Shown here piece after piece: positions 1-10,341 of a stretch of 64,000 bases of DNA. The DNA lies in contig JBEKIW010000001.1 in assembly GCA_050011565.1 (NCBI GenBank), positions 224,001-288,000 of the forward strand. The letters are read 5' to 3'. The notes under the pieces were generated by a model. The model did no database searches. It was given only the letters and a program-made list of their open reading frames with translations, and had not been told where the DNA came from. The DNA is from Dehalococcoidia bacterium. Its GTDB lineage: Bacteria > Chloroflexota > Dehalococcoidia > GIF9 > UBA5629. Made by a program: the position numbers and the translations under genes. Each line of letters opens with the position of its first letter. Position 1 is the first letter of the stretch.

Positions 1-419
1 TTGCCTTCTGAGCCCAGGCCGGAGGGAACTTCATGGAACAGTGTATTGACGAGCTCTTGTATCTTAGGTTTTACTTCGTTTTCAGTAAGATTAGTACGTA
101 GAAGTCTAACGCCGCAGTTTATGTCGTAGCCGACGCCACCGGGTGATATGACACCGTCGCTTACTCGCATAGCTGCCACACCGCCTATCGGAAAACCGTA
201 ACCCCAGTGAATATCGGGCATAGCCATCGAGCGGCTGACTATGCCAGGCAGGAAAGCGACATTAGCCACCTGTTCCAGAGACTGCTCTTCTTTGATAGAC
301 GCCAGCATCGCCGCGTCGGCGTAGACCAAGCCCGGAACCCGCATTCCCGGTTTATAGCTCTGGGGAATCTCCCAGCGATAGTCGTCTATTTTATTAAGCT
401 GTCCTGTCCATTTTGGCAT
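1..419 (-). CDS. rtcB: RtcB RNA ligase (5' part; runs off the window start)
   Basis: Manual translation from the ATG at 419 gives [19 protein letters not shown]...[17 protein letters not shown]...[12 protein letters not shown], the RtcB signature motifs; adjacent to archease. Confidence 0.93.
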   Translation of the reverse strand, partial: MPKWTGQLNKIDDYRWEIPQSYKPGMRVPGLVYADAAMLASIKEEQSLEQVANVAFLPGIVSRSMAMPDIHWGYGFPIGGVAAMRVSDGVISPGGVGYDINCGVRLLRTNLTENEVKPKIQELVNTLFHEVPSGLGSEG

Positions 420-429
420 ACTTCTATCT

Positions 430-873
430 CTAGATATCGAAAATTATCTGAACTTTGTAGCTGCCGTCCTCTTTGTTCAGCCGCAACATGTGATAGGTAG
501 CAGCCTTAATTTCTCTTTTCAGCCTGTGTTGTCCGGGCTTAATCTTTTCGCCGAAGCACGTGGCTTTGAGCTGAGTATTGCTGAGCTCGTTAATCTCAAA
601 CCTCTTGAAGATGATATGTTCGACCTCGGAAATATATATAAGCTCATTTAGCCATTCTACCAGCAAAACCTCGACATCTTCAGCCGACAGCTCTATATCG
701 CGCTTGACATCTTCCTTGAGATTATCCAGGTCTGCCATCAGGTTGAAAAGTCCGAGGGCGGCATTGGCAAAGACCTGCTTGATGTCGGCGCCATAGACAA
801 CGATGCCGATATCTGCAGTATGGTTGATGATTTCGAAAGGCTTCACTGTACTCACACCGTCCGGAGATTTCAT
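430..873 (-). CDS. Archease (true start possibly GTG at 846)
   Basis: HTAD N-terminal motif and EIKAATYH...IFDI C-terminus; directly upstream of rtcB. Confidence 0.92.
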   Translation of the reverse strand: MKSPDGVSTVKPFEIINHTADIGIVVYGADIKQVFANAALGLFNLMADLDNLKEDVKRDIELSAEDVEVLLVEWLNELIYISEVEHIIFKRFEINELSNTQLKATCFGEKIKPGQHRLKREIKAATYHMLRLNKEDGSYKVQIIFDI

Positions 874-950
874 TATATCACTTCGGGAATGTGGCTAGAA
901 ATCAATGAGCTTGACTGGAATTGTTTGCGGATGCTAACATGAGCCCGCTT

Positions 951-1023
951 GGGCCGCTAGCTCAATAGGTAGAGCAGCTGACTCTTAATCAGCAGGTTCA
1001 GGGTTCGAGCCCCTGGCGGCTCA
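951..1023 (+). tRNA. tRNA-Lys(CTT), CCA not encoded
   Basis: Acceptor GGGCCGC/GCGGCTC, D arm TAGCTCAATAGGTAGAGC, anticodon stem GCTGA-CTCTTAA-TCAGC, T arm GGTTCGAGCCC; TTGACT..TAACAT promoter-like boxes upstream. Confidence 0.95.
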
Positions 1024-1064
1024 CTTTCTGATACCGCCTACCTGGATTCACCCGCCTGATTCTA

Positions 1065-2057
1065 TTACTTAATCGGATGTTCCTTGAAAAATTGCCATAT
1101 CACTTCGCTGGCATCGAAATCTCTGGACGTCCGGCCGATTATAGACTCAGGTAGATACTGTAGTCCGCCCGGCCAGGTATGTCCGCCGCCTTCTACTGCA
1201 TAAAGAACGACTTCAGCGCCGTCTTGACAGCCTCCATAGATTTCCGTCCTCACTCTGGTGCGGTCAGACGGGTCTTTATCCGGCAGTTGTGTAACAAGCG
1301 GTAACGAAGGGCATTTGTCGTTAGTGACCCAGAACTTTACTGTATCCTCTACCGAAAGGACCTGGCCTAATTCGAGCGATCCAAAATGGACATCGCCGCC
1401 TGCCCAGGGCACCAGCGGGTCGTCTGTCCCGTTAATTATAAGAACCGGCACTGGTCTCGATGGCGCCCATATCGATGCCATGTTTACCGGTATGTTTCCC
1501 GCAACGGGAGCAATAGCTGCTATCTTTTGAGATAATTCACAGCCAAGCCGGTGCGACATCATAGCTCCGTTTGATATGCCGGTTACATAAATCCTTCTGG
1601 CATCGATGTTGAGTTCATCCGAAATACGGTCTATCAGAGAGGAAATAAAGCCAACGTCATCGACGTTTTGAATCTGGGCACGGTATTGCTGTACACCCCT
1701 GCCGTCGTTCCAGTGGTTTTCGAAGCCGTCGGGGTAAACAATGATGAAGTTTTCTCTGTCTGCAATAGCGTTGAAGTTGGTAAGCGCAGTCATACCTTGG
1801 CCGGTACCTCCGCCGCCATGCAGGACAATTAGCAGGGGTGTCGGTCTGGTCTTGTCATAGGAACTGCCAACGTGAACGTTATAGGTACGCTGCAATCCTC
1901 CGCTAAAGATAGATGATGAATAATCATATTCTGCAGGATTTGAGTCACCCGTTGGGCTGAGATTATGGCTGCCCCGGAACGTACAATCAAAATTCAGCAG
2001 GCCGAGCAGCAGTACCAGGAATAAAAGTACTGAGAGGAATAATCGTTTAGTATTCAT
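1065..2057 (-). CDS. LpqC/PHB-depolymerase-family secreted esterase
   Basis: Signal-like N-terminus (MNTKRLFLSVLL), LHGGGG, GISNG nucleophile elbow, GTDDPLVP, GGGHTWPG. Confidence 0.8.
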   Translation of the reverse strand: MNTKRLFLSVLLFLVLLLGLLNFDCTFRGSHNLSPTGDSNPAEYDYSSSIFSGGLQRTYNVHVGSSYDKTRPTPLLIVLHGGGGTGQGMTALTNFNAIADRENFIIVYPDGFENHWNDGRGVQQYRAQIQNVDDVGFISSLIDRISDELNIDARRIYVTGISNGAMMSHRLGCELSQKIAAIAPVAGNIPVNMASIWAPSRPVPVLIINGTDDPLVPWAGGDVHFGSLELGQVLSVEDTVKFWVTNDKCPSLPLVTQLPDKDPSDRTRVRTEIYGGCQDGAEVVLYAVEGGGHTWPGGLQYLPESIIGRTSRDFDASEVIWQFFKEHPIK

Positions 2058-2352
2058 GGCGCCCCCGATAGCTATTCTCTTATTTGTCGCCTTCACCGGG
2101 TTGTGTGTTGCATAAGCATTATACCTCACTACGTCAATATGCGTTTTAGCATATTTATTATAGCAGTCTTATACGATATTGTACTGGTATAAACACGGGT
2201 GTATACTTAGCCGAGTACCAAGCTTTCTACTTTTACTTCATTCAAAGGGGGTGGGAACTATGCCAATTTGAAGTGGTTGTCTTCGTTTACCCGATAGTAA
2301 CTATTGCTTCTATATAATTTACACAAATCTAAGTCCAATTTAGGAGATAGAA

Positions 2353-4128
2353 ATGCCGAATGAAAATAAATCCAAGCGCAATATGATAATAATGCTCGCT
2401 GTTGCCCTGTTCGTGATATTGGTGGGTAACCTGCTAGCCTGTACGACTCAGACCGACTGGGGCAAGGTAAAAGTTCGTGATGTGCGCTTTGCAGGGACTA
2501 ATGGCATCATTATGAGCGCTCTCTTGTATGAACCTAAAGGTGTAACCGCCAAGAATCCCGCTCCCGGCATACTTGCCATCCACGGCTACATTAACACCCG
2601 TGAAATGCAAGATGGCTTTGCCATCGAGTTCGCGCGGCGCGGCTACGTGGTACTGGCGCTAGACCAGACCGGCCATGGCTATTCAGACCCCCCGGCTTTT
2701 GAGAATTACTTTGGTGGGCCCGACGGTCTGCGGTACCTGCGCAGTCTCGACATCGTTGATAAAGACAACATTGGCCTCGAAGGGCACTCAATGGGCGGTT
2801 GGGCCCTTGTCTTCGCAGCGAAAGAGTTCCCAGATGGCTATAAGTCTGTCGTCCTGGAGGGTTCCGGTATCGGCAGTATAAACGCTACATTCCCACGCAA
2901 TATGGGTGTGGTTTTATCCGAATGGGACGAGTTCTCACAAGCCATGTGGGGCACGCCTGTGGCCAAGGACGCCGTTAAAGGTGCTTTGCTCAAGAAGGCC
3001 TTTGGTACAACAGACGACGTGGTGGTGGGCAAATTGTACGGCTCGATTGCGGATGGTACCGCTCGCAAATTTTATCAGCCGCGCACCACACACCCCGGCG
3101 ACCATATTTCCACCGCAGCCATTGGTGACGCGATTGACTGGTTCCAGTCAACTCTGCAGGGAGGCACACCTTTGCCACCTTCCGACCAAATCTGGTACTG
3201 GAAGGAAATCGGCAATCTGATTGCCCTAATAGGTATGGTCTTGCTGTTCTTCCCCGTCGCAAGTCTGCTCTTGAGAGCTAATTTCTTCAAAGACCTGGAT
3301 GAGGCTCCAGCCAATCCCAAGTCCGCCAAGGGCATTGCCTGGTGGATATCCGCCATCATTATTGTCGTCGTGCCGCCGTTAACCTATTTCTCGTTCAAGG
3401 AGTACGCTACCAAGTTCAAAATAGCGCCTAATCAAATCTTCCCCCAGTCATTCACTGCTCAACTTCTGGTCTGGCTGCTGCTGGTCGGTCTCATCGCACT
3501 GGTACTCTTCCTGATATGGCATTTCGCGTTCAACCGCAAGGCGAAAGCCACCGCCAGCGACTATGGCCTCACCTGGGGTAAAAAGCTGGACTGGGAAAAG
3601 ATTGGCAAGTCATTCTTATTGGCTTTCCTCGTAGCCTTTGTCGGTTACCTGACACTGGTATTCTCAGCCTGGCTGTTCACGGTTGATTTCCGCTTCTGGC
3701 TCTTTGCGGTGAAACCGCTGTCACCCATTCAATTCCGGGCCTTTTTGTCTTACCTGATTCCCTTTATCGTATACTTCGTGATTCTGGGTCTGGTACTGAA
3801 CGGGCAGTTGCGTCCCACCGGACGCAAAGGAACGGAATTGAGCCTGCGCAGCGAGATGTCCGTAAACGTGGTACTGCTGGTCCTGGGCTTCGTCGGTCTG
3901 TTGCTGTTTCAGTATATCCCGCTCCTGATGGGTGGCACACTGGCCCTTCGCAGCGAAATCCTATTCAGTATTATTGCCATACAGATATTGCCACTGCTGA
4001 CTATCGTGGCTCTAGTCTATACCTACTTCTATCGCAAGACAGGTCACATATACGCCGGTGCTTTCCTCAGTGCCATGCTGGTTACCTGGATTCTGGTTGC
4101 CTCGCAGGCTATTAACATTGCTTTCTAA
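2353..4128 (+). CDS. Alpha/beta hydrolase fused to a multi-pass membrane domain
   Basis: IHGY, GHSMGG nucleophile motif, then about 8 hydrophobic helices. Confidence 0.75.
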   Translation: MPNENKSKRNMIIMLAVALFVILVGNLLACTTQTDWGKVKVRDVRFAGTNGIIMSALLYEPKGVTAKNPAPGILAIHGYINTREMQDGFAIEFARRGYVVLALDQTGHGYSDPPAFENYFGGPDGLRYLRSLDIVDKDNIGLEGHSMGGWALVFAAKEFPDGYKSVVLEGSGIGSINATFPRNMGVVLSEWDEFSQAMWGTPVAKDAVKGALLKKAFGTTDDVVVGKLYGSIADGTARKFYQPRTTHPGDHISTAAIGDAIDWFQSTLQGGTPLPPSDQIWYWKEIGNLIALIGMVLLFFPVASLLLRANFFKDLDEAPANPKSAKGIAWWISAIIIVVVPPLTYFSFKEYATKFKIAPNQIFPQSFTAQLLVWLLLVGLIALVLFLIWHFAFNRKAKATASDYGLTWGKKLDWEKIGKSFLLAFLVAFVGYLTLVFSAWLFTVDFRFWLFAVKPLSPIQFRAFLSYLIPFIVYFVILGLVLNGQLRPTGRKGTELSLRSEMSVNVVLLVLGFVGLLLFQYIPLLMGGTLALRSEILFSIIAIQILPLLTIVALVYTYFYRKTGHIYAGAFLSAMLVTWILVASQAINIAF

Positions 4129-4179
4129 TCTAATGGTGTGGAGGTAGCAGCGGGCGCAAGACCGCATTGAGGAAAGACG

Positions 4180-4209
4180 GTCGGGGTGCAGAGCTATGCA
4201 CCCCGACCT
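4180..4209. terminator. Hairpin between convergent genes
   Basis: GGTCGGGGTGCA-gagcta-TGCACCCCGACC inverted repeat. Confidence 0.6.
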
Positions 4210-4286
4210 CGTTTTGCTGCGGAATTAGCGTGTCGGTTAGTTCGGATAGAGTTATGAAATTCACTGCCGAACAGTAAGCTCCGGTA

Positions 4287-6416
4287 TTATCCGGTCACTT
4301 TAGCCGTCTGCAGATACATCTGCCGAGCGTATTCTTTGACCATGCGCCGGGCGCTGAATAGCGGCGCGTTGGAGCGTATGGCCTCTTTGACTATCTGTAT
4401 CCAGCCGTGAGGTATGCCGTTGATGTCCCGGTCGTAGTAAAGAGGGACTATTTTTTCCTCTAAAAGGCGGTATAGTTCTTCCGAGTCAGCCTTATCCTGT
4501 GCTGCCGAATCAAGTTCAGCATTGCTGTGGATTGCCCAGCCGTTCTTGCCGTTGTAGCCTTCCTGCCACCAGCCGTCGAGTACGCTGAGATGCGGCACTC
4601 CATTAAGAGAAGCTTTTTGACCGCTGGTGCCGCTGGCTTCGTGAAGCGGCTGAGGGGTGTTGAGCCAGACATCGGCACCGTGAACAAGATAGCGTGCTAT
4701 GTGCATATCGTAGTCCTCGACGAAGGCTATTCTGCCGCCTAACTCCGGGTTTTTGGCGGCGTTGAATATTTCCTGGATAAGCTGTTTGCCGCGCTCGTCG
4801 TTGGGATGCGCCTTGCCGGAAAAAATTATCTGGAGGGGTCGAAATTCGTTGCAAAGCAGCTTTTTCAAGCGTCCGATATCCATTAAAATAAGCGAGGCAC
4901 GCTTGTAAGCGGTGAAGCGCCGGCAGAAAGCGATGGTGAGCACGTTAGTATCCAGCAAAGCCCCCATGGCTAAGGTCTGTTCCGGCGCTACACGGTCTTC
5001 AGCCCAGCGTTCTCTGGCGCGTTCGTTCACCATGCTGATGAGCTTATTCTTTAACCACTGACGCATTGCCCATATTTCCTCGTCCGGTATATCCGATACC
5101 TTCTCCCATAAAGTCGGGTCATCATGCCTCTTTAACCAGTCGTGTGCCAGGTATTTTTCATACAGGCCGGCTGCCTGCGGAGCTACCCAGGTGGAAACAT
5201 GGATGCCGTTAGTCACCGAGGTTATAGGTACATCCTTTTCTTCGGCATCAGGCCATAGAGAATTGCATGCCCGGCGACATAGGCTACCATGGAGCTGGCT
5301 GACGCTGTTGCGATAGTCGGCCGTTCTCAGGCCCAGTCCCGTCATGTTGAACGCTGAATTATCTGTTCCCTGTGCACCTAATTTGAGGAATGCATCTCTG
5401 GTTAAGCCAAGTGAATCCCAATATCGGTGGAAATACTTTCCAATAAGGTTGGAAGAATAGGTATCGCTGCCGCTGAGAACCGAAGTGTGTATTGTAAATA
5501 CAGTTGTAGCTCGCACTTTGTACAGGGCTTCTGTGTAGCTCAATCCCTTTGCCATCAACTCCCGGATACGTTCTAAAACCGTGAAAGCAGTGTATCCTTC
5601 GTTAATGTGACAGATGACCGGCTCGATATTAAGTGCCCTGAGAACGCGCACACCACCGATACCTATAATGATTTGCTGCTGCAGGCGCATCTCCTGGTCG
5701 CCGGCATAAAGACGCGCCGAAAGCTCGCGGTCAGGCTGTGAATTTCCTTCAACGTTGGTATCGAGCAAGTAGAGCTTTACCCGGCCGACATTCACCTGCC
5801 ATACCATAACACGTACGGACCTCGTATCCAGCGGCACTTCGACTGTTAAGGGCTGTCCATCAACATTAAGTACTTGACTTATGGGTGCTTCACTGAAATT
5901 CAGCTGCTCATATATCTCTTGCTGCCAACCATCGGCAGAAATATGCTGGTGAAAATAACCCTGTGGGTACATAAACCCTACACCCACCAGAGGCAATCCC
6001 AGGTCGCTTGACTCTTTGCAATAATCGCCGGCCAGTACGCCGAGCCCGCCGGCATAGAGCGGGAGCGAATTGTGTATGGCGAATTCAAGTGAGAAATAGG
6101 CTGTGACTTGCTGTTTAAGGTCCGGGTACTGTGTATTGAACCAGGTATCTGTCCCGGCTATGGCATCCTTAAAGTCCCTCATAACGGAGTCGTACTTTTT
6201 AAGAAATAGCGGGTCTTTAGCTACGTCTACCAATCGATGAGGATCGACTTGTTGCAGCATCTTAACCGGGTTATGCCCCGTAGCTTTCCACAGCGGAGCA
6301 TCCAGGGCTTTGAATAGCTGGCGTGCTGCTATATTCCAGCTCCACCATAGATTGTAGGTTAGCTCGCTTAAACCCTCTATACGCCGCGGAATATTGGTAA
6401 ATGGAGAGTTATTCAT
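4287..6416 (-). CDS. glgP: Alpha-glucan (glycogen) phosphorylase
   Basis: YAGGLGVLAGD, RRFTAYKR, EASGTSGQKA PLP-lysine motif. Confidence 0.92.
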   Translation of the reverse strand: MNNSPFTNIPRRIEGLSELTYNLWWSWNIAARQLFKALDAPLWKATGHNPVKMLQQVDPHRLVDVAKDPLFLKKYDSVMRDFKDAIAGTDTWFNTQYPDLKQQVTAYFSLEFAIHNSLPLYAGGLGVLAGDYCKESSDLGLPLVGVGFMYPQGYFHQHISADGWQQEIYEQLNFSEAPISQVLNVDGQPLTVEVPLDTRSVRVMVWQVNVGRVKLYLLDTNVEGNSQPDRELSARLYAGDQEMRLQQQIIIGIGGVRVLRALNIEPVICHINEGYTAFTVLERIRELMAKGLSYTEALYKVRATTVFTIHTSVLSGSDTYSSNLIGKYFHRYWDSLGLTRDAFLKLGAQGTDNSAFNMTGLGLRTADYRNSVSQLHGSLCRRACNSLWPDAEEKDVPITSVTNGIHVSTWVAPQAAGLYEKYLAHDWLKRHDDPTLWEKVSDIPDEEIWAMRQWLKNKLISMVNERARERWAEDRVAPEQTLAMGALLDTNVLTIAFCRRFTAYKRASLILMDIGRLKKLLCNEFRPLQIIFSGKAHPNDERGKQLIQEIFNAAKNPELGGRIAFVEDYDMHIARYLVHGADVWLNTPQPLHEASGTSGQKASLNGVPHLSVLDGWWQEGYNGKNGWAIHSNAELDSAAQDKADSEELYRLLEEKIVPLYYDRDINGIPHGWIQIVKEAIRSNAPLFSARRMVKEYARQMYLQTAKVTG

Positions 6417-6475
6417 TTATTGATTGACTGGGTATTATAACCGTTGTCTGGCGCTAAGTAAATCGGCGGTTTTCC

Positions 6476-7045
6476 CTAGCCCAGTATAATATCATCGAGT
6501 GCCCGCTTCGGCACATGGTGTACTCCCTGGCCATCCCGCCAGTATTTGACGTCTCCATCGGGCCTGATTTTTTCAATTACAACGGTTTCTTTAGGTTTGC
6601 CCAGTGCGATGACGAGGACTATTTCATAGCGCGGTTCTATATCCAGCGCCTTGCTCAGCTCCTTTCTGTTCACAGTGGCAATCATGCAGCCACCTAAGCC
6701 TCTCTCCGTAGCTCCCAGTAGGATACTTTGGGCGGCTATTCCGTGGTCGCAGCCAACAGACTGGCTTATTTCGGTGTCCCCCAACATAATTATATATGCT
6801 GACGGCCTCTCTCCCTCTTCCGGTCCCTTCCAGCCTTTGAGATAAGCCGCCCAGCCCAGATTCGGAAATATCACGGCATTCTTTTTTGATTCACAGGAGA
6901 GCACATATTTGAGCGGCTGCAGATTGAGCGCGGAAGCCGACAGCCTGCCCAGGTCCACCAGCTCCTTCAGTGTTTCGAGCTTTACGGGGACGTCCTGATA
7001 AAATCTCCGGTAGCTTCTATTTTTCCGTACTATCTCTGCTAACAT
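6476..7045 (-). CDS. Nitroreductase family protein
   Basis: NRSYRRF, SALNLQP, D.GIAAQSILLGA..GLGGC. Confidence 0.85.
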   Translation of the reverse strand: MLAEIVRKNRSYRRFYQDVPVKLETLKELVDLGRLSASALNLQPLKYVLSCESKKNAVIFPNLGWAAYLKGWKGPEEGERPSAYIIMLGDTEISQSVGCDHGIAAQSILLGATERGLGGCMIATVNRKELSKALDIEPRYEIVLVIALGKPKETVVIEKIRPDGDVKYWRDGQGVHHVPKRALDDIILG

Positions 7046-7075
7046 TCCTTTATCTCCTTCTTAACATATTTTTGG

Positions 7076-7642
7076 CTATATCGACAGAAAGTGCAAGCCC
7101 CAGACGCCGATATAGGCGAAGAATATGTTCTTGGGTATCCTGCCGGCGGCGCCGAAAAGTAAGAACTTCCATACCGGATAACGGAGTGAGCCAGCGGCAG
7201 CACCAGCTACATCGAAAAGCGGATTGGGTATCAAAGCCAGAACGAAGATGGTGACGCTGCCCCACTTTCTCATCCATTGCACCATCTTGGTGTAGATGCC
7301 CACATTTTCAATAGCCAGGCGACCACCATAGCCCAGTAGGTAGCCGGTCATCTCACCGATTGTCCCACCGATGCCGGACACAATTCCTACCAGAACAGGG
7401 TTCAGTATGGCACCCAGGGCAGCTACCAAAATCCAGCTGGGCACAGGTAACACTATGCTGGCGGAAGATATTATAGAAATTATAAAGACACCGAGATAAC
7501 CATATCCCTGGAACTCTGCCACCTTCGCTCTATTTATGACCAGTAAAACAGACAGTGCCACCACGACGAGCAAGGCCAGAATTTGAAGGTAGCGGTCCCG
7601 TGTCCAGAATGGCTTTTTAACCTTATTATCTGTCTTCTGCAT
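7076..7642 (-). CDS. VTT/SNARE-associated (DedA superfamily) membrane protein
   Basis: GGTIGEMTGYLLG and LIPNPLFDVAGAAAG motifs; hydrophobic. Confidence 0.8.
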   Translation of the reverse strand: MQKTDNKVKKPFWTRDRYLQILALLVVVALSVLLVINRAKVAEFQGYGYLGVFIISIISSASIVLPVPSWILVAALGAILNPVLVGIVSGIGGTIGEMTGYLLGYGGRLAIENVGIYTKMVQWMRKWGSVTIFVLALIPNPLFDVAGAAAGSLRYPVWKFLLFGAAGRIPKNIFFAYIGVWGLHFLSI

Positions 7643-7649
7643 AGTTTGG

Positions 7650-8912
7650 TTAGCTTTCTTTACTTTTCAGTTTAATCGGTATCACCGCAGCCGAACCGAT
7701 GATAAAGTATACGACACATATCAGAAGCATAACCGAATAGCCCAGTCCGGACTGCCTGGTGTTGAAAAAGTCGATTACCGGTCCTAAAAGTCTGGCTAGC
7801 GCTCCGGCTCCCGCTGTGGCTATATTGGTCAGTCCCAGGTAGCGCGCCTCTTCACCGGCCGGAACCAGGTCGGTAGCCAGTGCCCAGTTGGTGCTGAGAA
7901 AAGCTCCTGCAGACAGCCCCAGTAAACCGCCGCAGACCAATGTGCCCGCATAATTGCGTGACAGGAACAGCACCAAAATGCCAACGATGCCGACGAATCC
8001 TGAGAAGAGGATAATAGGCTTGCGGCCGAATCTATCAGAGAGCCGTCCCGCGGGATAAACTGCCAGGAGTAGAAAAACGCCGACTGTAATCAGTAAATCG
8101 GCGGCTACTCCCGCCGGGTTGGGATGATGTATGACATCTATTATGAAATACAGGGCAAAGGTCTGAAGTACCACCATTGCCATAAGGATGAACAATCGAG
8201 ACACGAGAAACCAGATAAAGCCGGGGTTGCCTTTAACATCGATCTTGTAGGCGCCAGCCATCGTTTTGACAGCCGACAGTTCACCAGTTGAAGATGACGG
8301 CTGCTCCTTTACCGTCAGCATAGTGGCCACCATCGCCGCCAGTAACATCAATCCGAGGAAGCCGATGGCTGCCCATAGCCATACATTACTGCCACTGGAA
8401 GTGTAATTATCCATGAAGTAAGCCACCAGTCGCAGGAAAGCTACACCGCCCAATATCTCCGCCAGGCCTTTGGCGCCGGAGGCTACTCCTCTACGTCCCG
8501 GCGGCACCAGGTCCGGAATAAACGCTTGAAAAGGACCCTGCGCTATGTTGGTAGCCACTTGCAGCAGGCAATAGCCTATGAGCAGGAAGAGGAAACTGCC
8601 GGAAATGCCTATGCTGGGCAGGAAGAGCAGGGCCAGCAGCGTTCCCACGAAGATAAAAGGCCGGCGCCGGCCCCAGCGCGAGCCGAAGCGGTCGCTGAGT
8701 GCCCCCGCCAGCGGTTGAACGAACACGGCTATCATCGATCCCACGAAGGTCAATAGACCGAGATAAGTGTTCTTTTGCGCATCGGGCGCGAACTCCAGAA
8801 GCCGGAGTGGAATTATCAGGCTGTGCAAGCTAGGCCAGAGAACCGAGAGAGCAGCGGCGAAAATGCTTATTTTTACATAATCGGCAGGTCGGAAGACTTT
8901 TTCTGAGGGCAC
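7650..8912 (-). CDS. MFS transporter
   Basis: GALSDRFGSRWGRRRPF and GRLSDRFGRK motif-A copies; about 12 TM helices. Confidence 0.88.
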   Translation of the reverse strand: MPSEKVFRPADYVKISIFAAALSVLWPSLHSLIIPLRLLEFAPDAQKNTYLGLLTFVGSMIAVFVQPLAGALSDRFGSRWGRRRPFIFVGTLLALLFLPSIGISGSFLFLLIGYCLLQVATNIAQGPFQAFIPDLVPPGRRGVASGAKGLAEILGGVAFLRLVAYFMDNYTSSGSNVWLWAAIGFLGLMLLAAMVATMLTVKEQPSSSTGELSAVKTMAGAYKIDVKGNPGFIWFLVSRLFILMAMVVLQTFALYFIIDVIHHPNPAGVAADLLITVGVFLLLAVYPAGRLSDRFGRKPIILFSGFVGIVGILVLFLSRNYAGTLVCGGLLGLSAGAFLSTNWALATDLVPAGEEARYLGLTNIATAGAGALARLLGPVIDFFNTRQSGLGYSVMLLICVVYFIIGSAAVIPIKLKSKES

Positions 8913-9020
8913 TGTAATTATCCCTATTAAGGGCGATTGTGCAGCTTTTCGGGGTAGTATATCACAGCTAGAGGATAACCACAGCTTGATTTGATGAGCA
9001 ATCAGCTGAAAATAGTCTGG

Positions 9021-9719
9021 TTAAATTCTGGGCAGAAGCGCTGCATATTTTTCCATCCGGCTCATGCCCGCTTCCGACTGTATCATCCACGTCATCCAGC
9101 ACAGCGCGATAGCCTTGTAGCCGACTTCCGGCGCTGTGCGCTCCATAAACTTAACGAATTCGATATCTGTTGACGGCATCTCCACGTTCGCCTTGGCTAA
9201 CATTTCAGCGATTACCCGTTTTACTATCTTGTCCGGCATCACCGTATCGACGCCGCCCATCATCCTCAGGTATTGAAAGCTGTTTATGCCGACTCCTTTA
9301 ATTCGGCCTATCGGGTCCGCCTCCCAGTTATCGAGGCTGGCGTTCCTTGCCCAATAGATGAAAGCCTGTCTATCGTCGAATCCCTTTTCTTTCTTAATCC
9401 CGGCTAAATAAGCGGCGACCGACTTTGCCATCTGCCACGAGCGCCTGTTTCTCCACACCTTTTCCAGTTCGGCAACATCGGCTGCAACCAAATCCTCAAC
9501 AGTTCTAATTTTTCCAGATTCTACGAATTCCTGCCTGAACTGCTCCACCCTGGGCACTACTGACTGGAAATAGTTTAAGCCGATGGATGTAAAAGCCGCA
9601 TCTACCACCATAAGGACGACATTCCCATCCCATCTTTCGGTCCGCAGGCAGCGCTCGATATAGTCGCTGACCTCAGGGACCTGCTGCATGTAGCTGTCGA
9701 CTGCGTCTTTGAGATTCAA
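9021..9719 (-). CDS. Hypothetical protein with helix-hairpin-helix motif (HhH-GPD glycosylase-like)
   Basis: IGRIKGVGINSFQYLRMMGGVDTVMPD resembles HhH followed by the conserved Asp. Confidence 0.5.
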   Translation of the reverse strand: MNLKDAVDSYMQQVPEVSDYIERCLRTERWDGNVVLMVVDAAFTSIGLNYFQSVVPRVEQFRQEFVESGKIRTVEDLVAADVAELEKVWRNRRSWQMAKSVAAYLAGIKKEKGFDDRQAFIYWARNASLDNWEADPIGRIKGVGINSFQYLRMMGGVDTVMPDKIVKRVIAEMLAKANVEMPSTDIEFVKFMERTAPEVGYKAIALCWMTWMIQSEAGMSRMEKYAALLPRI

Positions 9720-9750
9720 ACCGCGTACAATCTTTCTGATTCGTAATTCA

Positions 9751-10014
9751 TTACAGGCTTTGATATGTATCTTCTCTACGCCTGGCTATTCGCACTATGG
9801 TGATTAGTTTCGTCTTGTCGTCTATGGCATATACCACTCTATATTTTCTCGCACGAATGCGCCATAGGCCGCTGTCAGCTAGCTTCTTGACTCTCCGTGG
9901 TGGTGGTTCTTGTGCCAGAGAGGAAATAATTTCGGCGATGGCTTTATAATCTCGTTCCGGCAGCTCATTCAATTGTTTTTGAGCTGCATGCCTAAGCTCA
10001 ATCTTGTAGCTCAC
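9751..10014 (-). CDS. RelE/ParE-family toxin
   Basis: 87 aa, basic; YKIEL..AAQKQL...WRIRARKYRVVYAIDD; overlaps the upstream antitoxin. Confidence 0.85.
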   Translation of the reverse strand: MSYKIELRHAAQKQLNELPERDYKAIAEIISSLAQEPPPRRVKKLADSGLWRIRARKYRVVYAIDDKTKLITIVRIARRREDTYQSL

Positions 10015-10249
10015 GCCGAAGTCCCCGCTCTTTCCTGTGATGCTGATACGTTTCCCAGGTAATAGTGCCTTTCTTATCGGCCAGGGCTTTCAGCCCCTCC
10101 CTGACATCTTCCTCATCCTCCAGTATCTCTAATGTGGCGTCACGGATGAGTTTAGCCATTGAAGTACGTTGTTCGAAAGCTAATCGGCGGAGCCTCTCAT
10201 GTTGCTCCTCTGTCAGAAAAATAGTCGTTCTTTTTAAATTTGTGGCCAT
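9998..10249 (-). CDS. CopG/RHH antitoxin
   Basis: KRTTIFLTEEQHERLRRLA..SMAKLIRDA ribbon-helix-helix with acidic C-terminal half; upstream of the toxin. Confidence 0.8.
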   Translation of the reverse strand: MATNLKRTTIFLTEEQHERLRRLAFEQRTSMAKLIRDATLEILEDEEDVREGLKALADKKGTITWETYQHHRKERGLRRELQD

Positions 10250-10341
10250 GGTCTATTCCCCCTCGATAAGGGTAACATATATATGTTGATATGTCAAAGA
10301 GGTCTTTAAGAGGTGTTACTTCCAGATATTAATAGCGGTAG

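Noticed and set aside
951-4128. Possible genomic island integrated at tRNA-Lys
   Set aside because: No integrase and no duplicated tRNA 3' end seen in the window
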